A stretch of DNA of 64,000 nt from Candidatus Latescibacterota bacterium (GTDB taxonomy: Bacteria; Latescibacterota; UBA2968; UBA8231): the NCBI GenBank assembly GCA_965248355.1, contig OZ252098.1:5184001-5248000 (forward strand), given 5' to 3'. Positions 55,892 to 64,000 of this stretch are shown one piece after another. The number at the start of each line of letters is the position of its first letter. Position 1 is the first letter of the stretch. A program made the translations under genes and the position numbers. The notes beneath the pieces are model-generated. The model did not search any database. It saw only the letters and a program-made list of their open reading frames with translations, and had not been told where the DNA came from.

Positions 55892-58603
55892 TCAGCGGCT
55901 GTGCTGCACCCGCACCTCGCGCACCCGGGGGGTGCAGCCGCCATTGACCGCCCCCAACGCCAGCCGGTACTGGATCCACCGCCCCCGCGTGGCCCCCTCA
56001 GGCACCCCCTCCCCTCGTTCCAGCCACTCCTCCTGCCGGCCGCTGGTCCACGGCGCCGTCTCCAGCCCCTCGGGTGAGGAGGCGCTGCGCAGCTGGGCCC
56101 GCACCCAGGTCTTCGGCGGCAGCTCCGCCTCCCAGTCCAGGCGCCGCACCCGCGCCCCCTCGGGCAGGTGGTACGGCTCGGAGACGTAGTACTCCTGCTC
56201 GGAGTTGTCCGTCATGTTGCGGGTCTGGGCGAAGGCGAGGTCGTGGGGTCCCGAGGTGGGCAGGCGGGTGCAGCGTTCCTCGGAGAACCCCTGCGGGCCG
56301 TTCCAGTAGACGAAGGATTCGCCCACGTGATCGCCGAAGGTCTTGTGGTTGGCGATGGCGATGTCCACGTAGCCGTTGCCGTTGAAGTCGGCGGCCAGGC
56401 AGCCGGCCGAGGAGTGGGCCCGGAGCCGCGTGAAGTCGCCGGGGCGGAAGCCGGTCTCGCGGTTGCCCCAGTAGATGAGGGCGTCCACGTCGCGCTCGAC
56501 GGTGCTCGTGTACCCGCAGCAGAGCAGGTCGGGGACGCCGTCGCCGTTGAAGTCGGCCACCGCCACCCGGTGCCCGGTGTTGCAGGGCAGCTGCGTCTGG
56601 CGGTCGGCGCGCAGGCCCTCCGGACCGTTCCAGAAGATGTGGTTGAAGGAGTCGTGGGGCTGGCCGAAGGTCGGCTTGCCGCCGCCGAGCAGGAGGTCGG
56701 GCCAGCCGTTGCCGGTGAGGTCGTGGGCCACGGGGTAGCCGGAGATGTTGGAGGTGGGCAGCGTCCACCTCCGCTCGGTGCTGAACCCGTCGGGGCCGCC
56801 GCGCAGGATCACCAGGCGGTTCAGGCCGGTGCCGGAGATGACCAGGTCCAGCCAGCCGTCGAGGTCGAAGTCGGCCAGGGCCAGCCGCCGCGGCGGGATG
56901 TAGTCGCCGGGCCCCTCCAGCACCGTCAGCACCTGCGGCGAGTCCAGGTCGAAGCCGCCCGGAGCGCCGCGGTAGATGTGGATCTCCGGCCTGTGGAAGT
57001 GGGAGATCACCAGGTCGAGGTAGCCGTCGCGGTCGAGGTCGGCCATGGCGGCGAACCAGCCGTAGCGCGTGGGGATGACCAGGTCGGGATCGTTGCGGAA
57101 GCCGTCCGGCCCGCCGCGGTAGAGGTAGGAGCCGGCGTCGAGGTGGATGGCGTTCTCCCAGCTGTTGATGAACAGGAGGTCCGCCCAGCCGTCGTCGTCC
57201 ACGTCGCAGGCCAGGGCCCCGGCGGTGCCGGGGCTGCGCAGCTCGGCGCGGCGTTCGGGCGAGAACCCGTCCGGCCCGCCGTAGTAGAGGTAGCTGTCCA
57301 CGGCCTGGTCGGCGCGCCGGCCCTCGGCGTTGGCGAATACCACCTGGGGCAGGGGATCGTCGGAGAACCGGGCGGCCAGCACCCGCCGGGCGCCGTGGAC
57401 GGGCAGCCGCACCGGCTCGCCGAGCCTGCGGGCGCCCCCGGCGAAGGCCAGGGAATCGACGCTGAAGAGCCGGGCCGTCCGCTGCTGGCAGATCACCAGA
57501 TCGCTGGCGCCGTCGCCGCTCAGGTCGGCCAGCACCGCGTCGCAGGCGCGGTGGCTGGGCACCGCCAGGCGGGCGTCTTCGGAGAACCCGCCCTCGCCGC
57601 CGAAGTAGAGCCAGCTGCACTCGCTGCCGCCGTCGATGTCGCGGCAGGCGAAGGCCAGGTCGGGCCGCCCGTCGCCGTCGAAGTCGCCGGCGGCCACGGA
57701 CAGGGCGTTCCGGCAGGCGAAGGCCAGGGGCCGGCCGAAGGCGCGGTCCTCGACCACGGGCACCAGGAACTGGGACGGGCCGCCCGCCACGAAGAGCAGC
57801 CGCTCGCCGGCGATCTGGAGCGTGATCGCCACCGGCGCCACCGGCCCCACCCGCTCCTCCTCGGAGAGCAGCTCGGTCTCGGCCAGGCCGGGCGGCTCCC
57901 AGCCCTCCGGCGCCGGCACCTCCGTGCAGCGGTCCGGATCGATCCCGTTCTCGCCGCCCCAGTAGATGCGGGGCGGCCGGTCGCCGGCGGTGACGATCAG
58001 TTCCGCGAAGCCGTCGCCGTCCAGGTCGGCGGCCCCGAGCTGCACGCCCTCGATCCCGGTGTCGACGTACCTCTTGGCCTCGATGCCCAGCTCGGTCTGA
58101 TGGAACAGGCGCACTTGGCCCTCGGTCATGAAGGCCAGGTCGATCCGTCCGTCGCCGTCGAAGTCGCCGGCGGCCACGGAGGTGCACTTGTGGGCGGGCA
58201 CCAGCGTCTGGTAGCGCTCGCTCAACCCCTCGGGCGAGCCGAAATAGATGTTGGCGTTCAGGCGCCCGGCGTTGCCGCTCTTCTCGTTGCCGATGACCAG
58301 GTCGGCGTAGCCGTCGCCGCTGATGTCGGCCACCGCCGCCGTGGGGCTGCCGCCGGCGGGCAGTTCCGTGAGGCGGCATTCCCCGAAAACGTCGTGATAC
58401 ACGAAGGCCGGCGGCGCCTCCATGTGCACCTGGGCGTTGCAGAACAGCAGGTCCACGTAGCCGTCGCGGTTGAAGTCCAGATGGTGGATGCGCTGCAGAA
58501 CGCCGGCGCGCGAGACGTAGAGGTTCTGTCCGGCGTTGCCGAAGGTCCCGCGCCGGAAGGCCTCGAAGCCGCGGGTGACCCAGACGTCGTCGTGTGGTGG
58601 CAT
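55892..58603 (-). CDS. FG-GAP/VCBS-repeat protein
   Basis: More than ten DxxxDGxxDL repeats (DFNRDGYVDL, DFDGDGRIDL, DLDRDGYLDL and others). Confidence 0.9.
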   Translation of the reverse strand: MPPHDDVWVTRGFEAFRRGTFGNAGQNLYVSRAGVLQRIHHLDFNRDGYVDLLFCNAQVHMEAPPAFVYHDVFGECRLTELPAGGSPTAAVADISGDGYADLVIGNEKSGNAGRLNANIYFGSPEGLSERYQTLVPAHKCTSVAAGDFDGDGRIDLAFMTEGQVRLFHQTELGIEAKRYVDTGIEGVQLGAADLDGDGFAELIVTAGDRPPRIYWGGENGIDPDRCTEVPAPEGWEPPGLAETELLSEEERVGPVAPVAITLQIAGERLLFVAGGPSQFLVPVVEDRAFGRPLAFACRNALSVAAGDFDGDGRPDLAFACRDIDGGSECSWLYFGGEGGFSEDARLAVPSHRACDAVLADLSGDGASDLVICQQRTARLFSVDSLAFAGGARRLGEPVRLPVHGARRVLAARFSDDPLPQVVFANAEGRRADQAVDSYLYYGGPDGFSPERRAELRSPGTAGALACDVDDDGWADLLFINSWENAIHLDAGSYLYRGGPDGFRNDPDLVIPTRYGWFAAMADLDRDGYLDLVISHFHRPEIHIYRGAPGGFDLDSPQVLTVLEGPGDYIPPRRLALADFDLDGWLDLVISGTGLNRLVILRGGPDGFSTERRWTLPTSNISGYPVAHDLTGNGWPDLLLGGGKPTFGQPHDSFNHIFWNGPEGLRADRQTQLPCNTGHRVAVADFNGDGVPDLLCCGYTSTVERDVDALIYWGNRETGFRPGDFTRLRAHSSAGCLAADFNGNGYVDIAIANHKTFGDHVGESFVYWNGPQGFSEERCTRLPTSGPHDLAFAQTRNMTDNSEQEYYVSEPYHLPEGARVRRLDWEAELPPKTWVRAQLRSASSPEGLETAPWTSGRQEEWLERGEGVPEGATRGRWIQYRLALGAVNGGCTPRVREVRVQHSR

Positions 58604-58612
58604 GAAGGTCCT

Positions 58613-59971
58613 CTAGCCGATGGCGAAGGAGTAGAGACGGGCCGATCGCAGGTAGAGTTTGAGGCGCACCGGCCGGCCCTTCAGTGCGTCGAGCTGCTGA
58701 TGGGCGCGCCAGGTGACGCGGTGGCGCACCGAGTCGCCGTCCACGGGGGCGCAGTCGATCTTGCGGTAGCCGGCCAGCTCCCGGCCCTCCGGGTCGAGCA
58801 CGGCCACCGCCGCCTCGCCGCCGCGGGCGTCGATGTTGAGGAGCAGCGGCCCCCCGGCGCAGAGGAAGGGCCGGGTGAGCACGGTGCCGCCGGACTCGCC
58901 GGCGTCGACGGAGACGAAGCCGTCCTGGCGCAGGCGGGCCAGGCAGATCGTCCCCACGCCTCTCCCCGTTCCGTGCTCGGCGTCGTAGGCGCCGTAGTAG
59001 AACCACAACTCGTCGCCTACCGTGACGGGGTCCTTGGCCGTGAACACCATCCCGCGGTCGACGCTGCCCGGCGGGCCCAGGGGGAGGAAGGGCCGACGGT
59101 CGCCGAGGCGCTCCCACCGGCGGCCGTCGCGGCTGGCCGCCAGTTGCACGTCGATGCGGCCGCCCTTGCGGCTCGGCGCTTCCTCCGGATAGGCGTGGAA
59201 GGCCCAGGGCAGGCCCAGGTAGAGCCCCTCGTGGAGGAAGACGGACATGCCGTAGATCTCCAGGCCCGGCGGATCCTCCCCATCCGGGGCGAGGACCACC
59301 TCCGGCGCCGACCAGCTCACGAAGTCCTCGCTCACCGACCGGCCGATCACCCGGACGACGCCCTCGCCGGAGCGCTCCACGGCGCGGGGATAGGCCACGT
59401 AGCGGCCCAGCGCCTCGTCCCAGCCCAGCAGGTTGTGGGTGTCGCCCGTCTCCCGGATCACCGGGTTGCCGCCGTACCGGGTCCAGTGGAGGCCGTCGGG
59501 GGAGAACGCCACCGACACGTGGGCCACCCCCCGCTCCCGCTTTACCGTCCGGTCCCAGTAGAGCATCTTGTAGCGCCGCTCCGGGTCCGGATCCCGCGGG
59601 TCCTCCATCACGTTGGGCAGGCAGACCTCGTCCAGCACCACGTTGTTGTCCTTGTTCCCGCCGACGTCGACGATCCCCAGGGCCGGCTTCTCCCAGAAGA
59701 CCCCGTCTCGCGAGGTGGCGTACGAGGCGACGTAGGGCGTGGGGCCACGGCCCTGGTACCACATGCGGAAGAGGCTCTCCCCGGGATCGAAGAGGACGGC
59801 GCCGTAGATGGTGACGGCGCGCTCCATGGGGAAGGTGGGATGGATGACCGGGTTGCCCACGTACTTCGCCGGCTGGTGCATGACCCGCTCGACGCCGCCG
59901 CTCTCCTCCACCACCTGGTCATCGATGAAGAGCTGGCGGCGGCCCTCCAGATCGAGCGGGGCGCCGGTCAT
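58613..59971 (-). CDS. Glycosidase-like five-bladed beta-propeller protein
   Basis: RQLFIDD, YATSRDGVFWEKP, SPDGLHW, SRDGRRWER, ELWFYY, LRQDGFVS, ARLYSF. Confidence 0.75.
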   Translation of the reverse strand: MTGAPLDLEGRRQLFIDDQVVEESGGVERVMHQPAKYVGNPVIHPTFPMERAVTIYGAVLFDPGESLFRMWYQGRGPTPYVASYATSRDGVFWEKPALGIVDVGGNKDNNVVLDEVCLPNVMEDPRDPDPERRYKMLYWDRTVKRERGVAHVSVAFSPDGLHWTRYGGNPVIRETGDTHNLLGWDEALGRYVAYPRAVERSGEGVVRVIGRSVSEDFVSWSAPEVVLAPDGEDPPGLEIYGMSVFLHEGLYLGLPWAFHAYPEEAPSRKGGRIDVQLAASRDGRRWERLGDRRPFLPLGPPGSVDRGMVFTAKDPVTVGDELWFYYGAYDAEHGTGRGVGTICLARLRQDGFVSVDAGESGGTVLTRPFLCAGGPLLLNIDARGGEAAVAVLDPEGRELAGYRKIDCAPVDGDSVRHRVTWRAHQQLDALKGRPVRLKLYLRSARLYSFAIG

Positions 59972-60011
59972 GTCGTTGGCCGGTGCGTCCGCCGGCCGGG
60001 CGCCGGACGAC

Positions 60012-60776
60012 TCAAGCCTGCACCGAGTCGGGCCGCCGTCCCACGGAGGGCGGGGCCATGATGCGGACCTGCTGCTCCGTGGCCCCGGGATAGTCGGCGG
60101 GGTCGTAGTAGGTGTCGCTCCAGGAGGAGTGGCCGGGGCTGTACTTGTAGAGCAGGGCCCGGCGCTCGTGGCCGGCCGTCCAAGGAAGCGTGCCGTGGAT
60201 CAGGGCCTCGGTGAAGATGATGACGTCGCCCGCCTTCGCCGGCGGCTGCCGCACGTAGTGGGCGGGGCGCTCGAAGCGCATCACCTCCCGCGGCACGCCG
60301 GAGCGCAGGTTGGTCTTGTGACTCCCCGGGATGCAGGCGAAGCCGCCGTCCCCGGGACCGCAGTCGCTCAGGTTCCAGGTGAAGACGGTGAGGCCGGTGC
60401 GGATCGTGCCGTCGGGGTAGTACCGGTACCAGTGATCGCCCTCCCCGGACTGGGGCGCCGGACCCCCGTGCAGGTTGCCGCGGGAGGCGCCGGGGCGCAT
60501 GAAGATGCAGTAGTCGTGATCGATGCGGAACTTCGGCCCCAGGAATTCCACCAGGTACGGGAGGATGCGGGGATGGTCGATGAGGTCGCGGAAGGCGGGC
60601 CCCCATTGCGAGACCTTGCTGGTGCGCCGCAGGCCGGCCTCGTCGGGCTCGCCGGTCCAGACCTCGTCGGCCAGCTCGTTCAGCCGCTCCACCTCCCGGC
60701 GGCCGAGCAGGCCGGGCACCACGAGGTATCCTTCGAGATCGAACTGGAACTTCTCCTCCAGGGTCACGCCTGCCAC
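60012..60776 (-). CDS. Phytanoyl-CoA dioxygenase (PhyH) family protein
   Basis: EKFQFDLEGY, LIDHP, LHGG, GGFACIPGSHK, EALIHG, RRALLYKYSP; GTG start at 60776 or 60767. Confidence 0.88.
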   Translation of the reverse strand: MAGVTLEEKFQFDLEGYLVVPGLLGRREVERLNELADEVWTGEPDEAGLRRTSKVSQWGPAFRDLIDHPRILPYLVEFLGPKFRIDHDYCIFMRPGASRGNLHGGPAPQSGEGDHWYRYYPDGTIRTGLTVFTWNLSDCGPGDGGFACIPGSHKTNLRSGVPREVMRFERPAHYVRQPPAKAGDVIIFTEALIHGTLPWTAGHERRALLYKYSPGHSSWSDTYYDPADYPGATEQQVRIMAPPSVGRRPDSVQA

Positions 60777-60815
60777 TAGCCACCGTCCGCCCCGCGCGGC
60801 GCGGGAGATGAAGAG

Positions 60816-63164
60816 ATGACGAAAGAGATCACCGAGGCCGACCTGCAGGCCGCCCTGCCCGATGTGACGTCGCCCCTGTCCCTGCCCGGACTGCGAGAGC
60901 CGGTGCAGGTCTTTCGAGATGCCTGGGGCATCCCCCACATCCGCGCCTCCAACGAGTGGGACCTGTTCTTCGCGCAGGGATTCGTCACCGCCCAGGACCG
61001 CCTCTGGCACATGGACGCCGACCGCCACCAGGCCCTCGGCCGCTGGTCGGAAATCGCCGGCGCCGCCGGCCTCGAGCGCGACCGGCTGCTGCGCGCCGCC
61101 GGCATGGGACGAGCGGCCCGGCGCGATCTCGAGGCCTGCAGTCCGCAGGCCCGCGACATGGTCCGCGCGTACGCCGAAGGCGTCAACGCCTTCATCGCCA
61201 CAACGGATTCCCTGCCGGTGGAATACGCCCTGCTGGAGAGAGAGCCGGAGCCGTGGGAGGACTGGCACTGCGCGGCGGTGTACAAGATCCGCAACACCCT
61301 GCTCGGGACGTTTGAGGCGAAGCTGTTCCGCACGCGGCTGGCGGCCCTGGGCCTGGCGGAACCACTGGCCAAGCTAATGAAGGGGTATCCGCCCGGCAAT
61401 CTGCTCACCGTCCCTCCCGGGGCGGAGTACGAGGGGCCCCTCCTGGACGGCCTGGAGAGTCTCGACGCCGCCGTGCGGGAGGCCAACTGGCTCGGCGAGA
61501 TCGAGCCCGGTTCCAACGGCTGGTCCATCTCCGGCGGGCTCACGGCCTCGGGCGCGCCCCTGGTGGCCGGCGATTCCCACCGCGGCCTGGACGTGCCCTC
61601 CGTCTACTACCAGGTGCACCTGGCATGTCCCACGATTCACGTCATCGGCCACTCGGTGCCGGGCATGCCGGGGGCCCTCCACTTCTGCCACAACGAGCGC
61701 GTCGCCTGGGGCATGACCCACGGCGGCGCCGATACACAAGATCTGTTCATCGAGCGTTTCCGCGAAATCGCCGGGGGCCTGGAATACGAGTTCAAGGGTG
61801 AGTGGCTGCCCGCCGAGGTCCGGCGCGAATCGATCGAGGTCCGCGGCGCTCCGTCCGAGCCCATGGAAGTCACCACGACCCATCACGGACCCGTGATCGC
61901 CGGGGACCCGGCCGCCGGGTACGGCATCGCCATCGGCGACCCGGGCCTGCGGGAAGGCACCGCGTGGCTGGACGCCGCCCGCGACGCCATGAGGGCGGAG
62001 AGCGTCGCCGATCTGCACCACGCCTTCCGCAACTGGACCGACCGCGTCAACAACTACGCCGTGGGCGACGTGGAGGGGAACTTCGGCTACCTGCACGAGG
62101 GGCTGATCCCCGTCCGGGGCGAGGCCAACGGCTGGCGGGCCGTGCCGGGCTGGAGCGGCGACCACGAGTGGGACGGCTACATACCCCACGACGAGCTGCC
62201 CAAGGCGCTCAACCCTGAGTGCGGGTACACCGTCACCTGCAACCAGCGCGTCGCCGGCCACGACTATCCCTACTACGTGGGCCTGAACTTCTCCCACGAC
62301 TTCCGGGCCCGCCGGGTGCAGGCCCATCTGCTCGCCCTGCAGCCCGGTGGCGCTACCATCGACGACATGGCGGCCATCCACGCCGACATGATCTCCAACC
62401 CCGCGCGGGTGCTCTGCGGGGTGGTGGGCTCCGTCGAAGGACTGGAAGGCCGCACCGCCGAGGCCGCGCAGGTCCTGATAAACTGGGACGGCCGCGTCGA
62501 CCGCGATCAGGTGGCGCCCACCATCCACGCGGAAGTGAGAAAGCAGATGATTCTGCGCGTGGTGGAGGAGCTGTTCGGCGAGGCGGCGGCGGAGGTGCTC
62601 TCCGGCGCCGCCGGATCCGACTCCGTTCTGCGTGAGACGGTGCTGGCCCTGCACCAGGCGATGGAACGGAACGACCCGTGCGCGCTCCCCGTCTCCGTTG
62701 GCGACTGGAGCAGCCTCGTCGTCCCGGCGCTGGAGAGAGCCGTCGACGCCCTCGCCGAAGAGCTGGGAGAGGAGATCTCCACCTGGACCTGGGGCCGCCT
62801 GCACCGCACCCGGCCGCGCCATCCCTTGTCCGACGCGTATCCCCAGTGCGCCGAGTGGCTAGATCCGCCGTCCCTGGCCGTCCACGGCGACTCCGACACC
62901 CCCTTGGCGGGAAGCTTCCCGCCCAAGGGCCCCTTCACCGTCACCGGTCTCTCCGTCAACCGCTACATCCACGATCCCTCCGACTGGAGCCGCTCCCTCT
63001 GGATCGTGCCCCTGGGGGCCTCCGGCCACCCGGGCAGCCCCCACTACGCCGACCAGGCGAGAAAGTGGGCGGACCTGGAGTACATCCCGCAGCTGTGGGA
63101 GTGGGCGCGGATCGAGGCCGAGGCGGAGTCGGTGCAGGTGCTCAGGCCGGGGGCTCGCGGGTAG
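60816..63164 (+). CDS. Penicillin acylase family Ntn-hydrolase (peptidase S45)
   Basis: RDAWGIPHI, AQGFVTAQDRLWHMD, nucleophile GSNGW, DSH, GASGHPGSPHYADQ. Confidence 0.94.
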   Translation: MTKEITEADLQAALPDVTSPLSLPGLREPVQVFRDAWGIPHIRASNEWDLFFAQGFVTAQDRLWHMDADRHQALGRWSEIAGAAGLERDRLLRAAGMGRAARRDLEACSPQARDMVRAYAEGVNAFIATTDSLPVEYALLEREPEPWEDWHCAAVYKIRNTLLGTFEAKLFRTRLAALGLAEPLAKLMKGYPPGNLLTVPPGAEYEGPLLDGLESLDAAVREANWLGEIEPGSNGWSISGGLTASGAPLVAGDSHRGLDVPSVYYQVHLACPTIHVIGHSVPGMPGALHFCHNERVAWGMTHGGADTQDLFIERFREIAGGLEYEFKGEWLPAEVRRESIEVRGAPSEPMEVTTTHHGPVIAGDPAAGYGIAIGDPGLREGTAWLDAARDAMRAESVADLHHAFRNWTDRVNNYAVGDVEGNFGYLHEGLIPVRGEANGWRAVPGWSGDHEWDGYIPHDELPKALNPECGYTVTCNQRVAGHDYPYYVGLNFSHDFRARRVQAHLLALQPGGATIDDMAAIHADMISNPARVLCGVVGSVEGLEGRTAEAAQVLINWDGRVDRDQVAPTIHAEVRKQMILRVVEELFGEAAAEVLSGAAGSDSVLRETVLALHQAMERNDPCALPVSVGDWSSLVVPALERAVDALAEELGEEISTWTWGRLHRTRPRHPLSDAYPQCAEWLDPPSLAVHGDSDTPLAGSFPPKGPFTVTGLSVNRYIHDPSDWSRSLWIVPLGASGHPGSPHYADQARKWADLEYIPQLWEWARIEAEAESVQVLRPGARG

Positions 63165-63314
63165 CCGCGCCTTCCAAGGGATTGGCGGGATGGATGCCCC
63201 GCTGGGGCAGCACAAAGTGGTCGTCTTCAGCCGCCCCTTGGGTATATTCCCGTGTGAACGAGAACCTGTCTCAGATTATGGCACCGGACCCGCATAGCAT
63301 CTGAGGCGCCCCTG

Positions 63315-64000
63315 ATGCCACTGCCGATCCTTCCAGCCATCCTCCTGGGCCTGACGGCGCTCGGGATTCCCGCAACGGCGGAGGAGACCGAGTTCCCCTT
63401 CGCCGCAGGAACCGACCGCGCCGGCCGGGCTCAGGCGGTGAGCGATGCCGCCGGCCGGGTGATGATCGAGTCGCCGGAGTTTCCTCGCGGCGTATGGGTG
63501 CATCTCGCAGACGAAGCGGGGCAGGCGCTGGCCGGCATCCAGGTGGAGTTTCAGGGCCGGGCCGACAGCCTGGTGGCCATCTGGTGCGTCGACCCGTCCG
63601 GCCTGCGGCAGGAAACCGTTCTCTGGACCCGCCCCGGGGCCGACACTCGGCGCCTGGCCCTCCAGGACGCGGACCCAGCTGGCCTGACACCGGAGCTCAC
63701 CTCCATCGACTGGCGCATCGACCCGGGCGCCGAAGAGTTGCTGGACCGGGTGGAAGGGCCGGAGCTCGTCGGGTGGGAGGCGGCGACGGCCTTCCTGCAG
63801 GAGCGTTGGCGGGGGCGCACGGGGCGAGTGGTGGTGCAGGTCGACAGCAGTACCGCCCTGGCGGTGGACTTGGCTCACCCTGAGGCTGTAACCCGGCTGG
63901 TCGATCACCTCCAGGGCCAGGTCCAGTCAACGCTGGGAGGTGCGAGACCCTTTGTCGGACAAGTACTCCTGCGTCCATACGCGTTTGGCGGGGACCTGGC
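63315..64000 (+). CDS. Secreted hypothetical protein (5' part, runs off the window)
   Basis: MPLPILPAILLGLTALGIPATA-EE signal peptide; frame open to the end of the window, so absent from the ORF track. Confidence 0.75.
   Translation, partial: MPLPILPAILLGLTALGIPATAEETEFPFAAGTDRAGRAQAVSDAAGRVMIESPEFPRGVWVHLADEAGQALAGIQVEFQGRADSLVAIWCVDPSGLRQETVLWTRPGADTRRLALQDADPAGLTPELTSIDWRIDPGAEELLDRVEGPELVGWEAATAFLQERWRGRTGRVVVQVDSSTALAVDLAHPEAVTRLVDHLQGQVQSTLGGARPFVGQVLLRPYAFGGDL

Noticed and set aside
55998..60061. Very long ORFs 55998-59762 (-) and 56168-60061 (+)
   Set aside because: Off-frame and antisense shadows of the real FG-GAP and propeller genes; Arg/Pro/Gly-rich with no motifs, as expected in high-GC DNA.

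Overview
High-GC bacterial DNA. The gene content (PorV-like barrels, several PhyH dioxygenases, Gfo/Idh/MocA oxidoreductases, BNR/FG-GAP propellers) is reminiscent of Latescibacterota/Gemmatimonadota-type heterotrophs; this is inference only. Most of the window is catabolic or transport genes: an Opp/Dpp-type ABC operon, hydrolases, GH32, CE7 esterases and a penicillin acylase-like protein. Three accessory patches interrupt it. (i) 10.2-12.8 kb: an AT-richer two-gene pair plus an ABC-ATPase/TOPRIM (OLD-like) gene. (ii) 21.3-25.1 kb: an XRE regulator, a frameshifted gene, a decayed ISKra4-like IS with visible terminal inverted repeats (TIRs), and a HEPN (AbiU2-like) gene. (iii) 43.9-52.4 kb: a Type I restriction-modification operon interleaved with toxin-antitoxin parts, in the order hsdR - DUF433 - hsdS - phd - phd - vapC - hsdM. 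The most striking observation is that HsdS carries, in frame at its C-terminus, a ~47-aa segment homologous to the C-terminal half of the two neighbouring Phd antitoxins. This could physically tie the RM complex to a VapC toxin. The hsdM 3' end is also duplicated into a 40-aa mini-ORF, and HsdR has a 15-bp tandem duplication at its Walker A motif. No rRNA, tRNA or CRISPR array was seen. All family assignments are from motif recognition by eye; no database searches were run.
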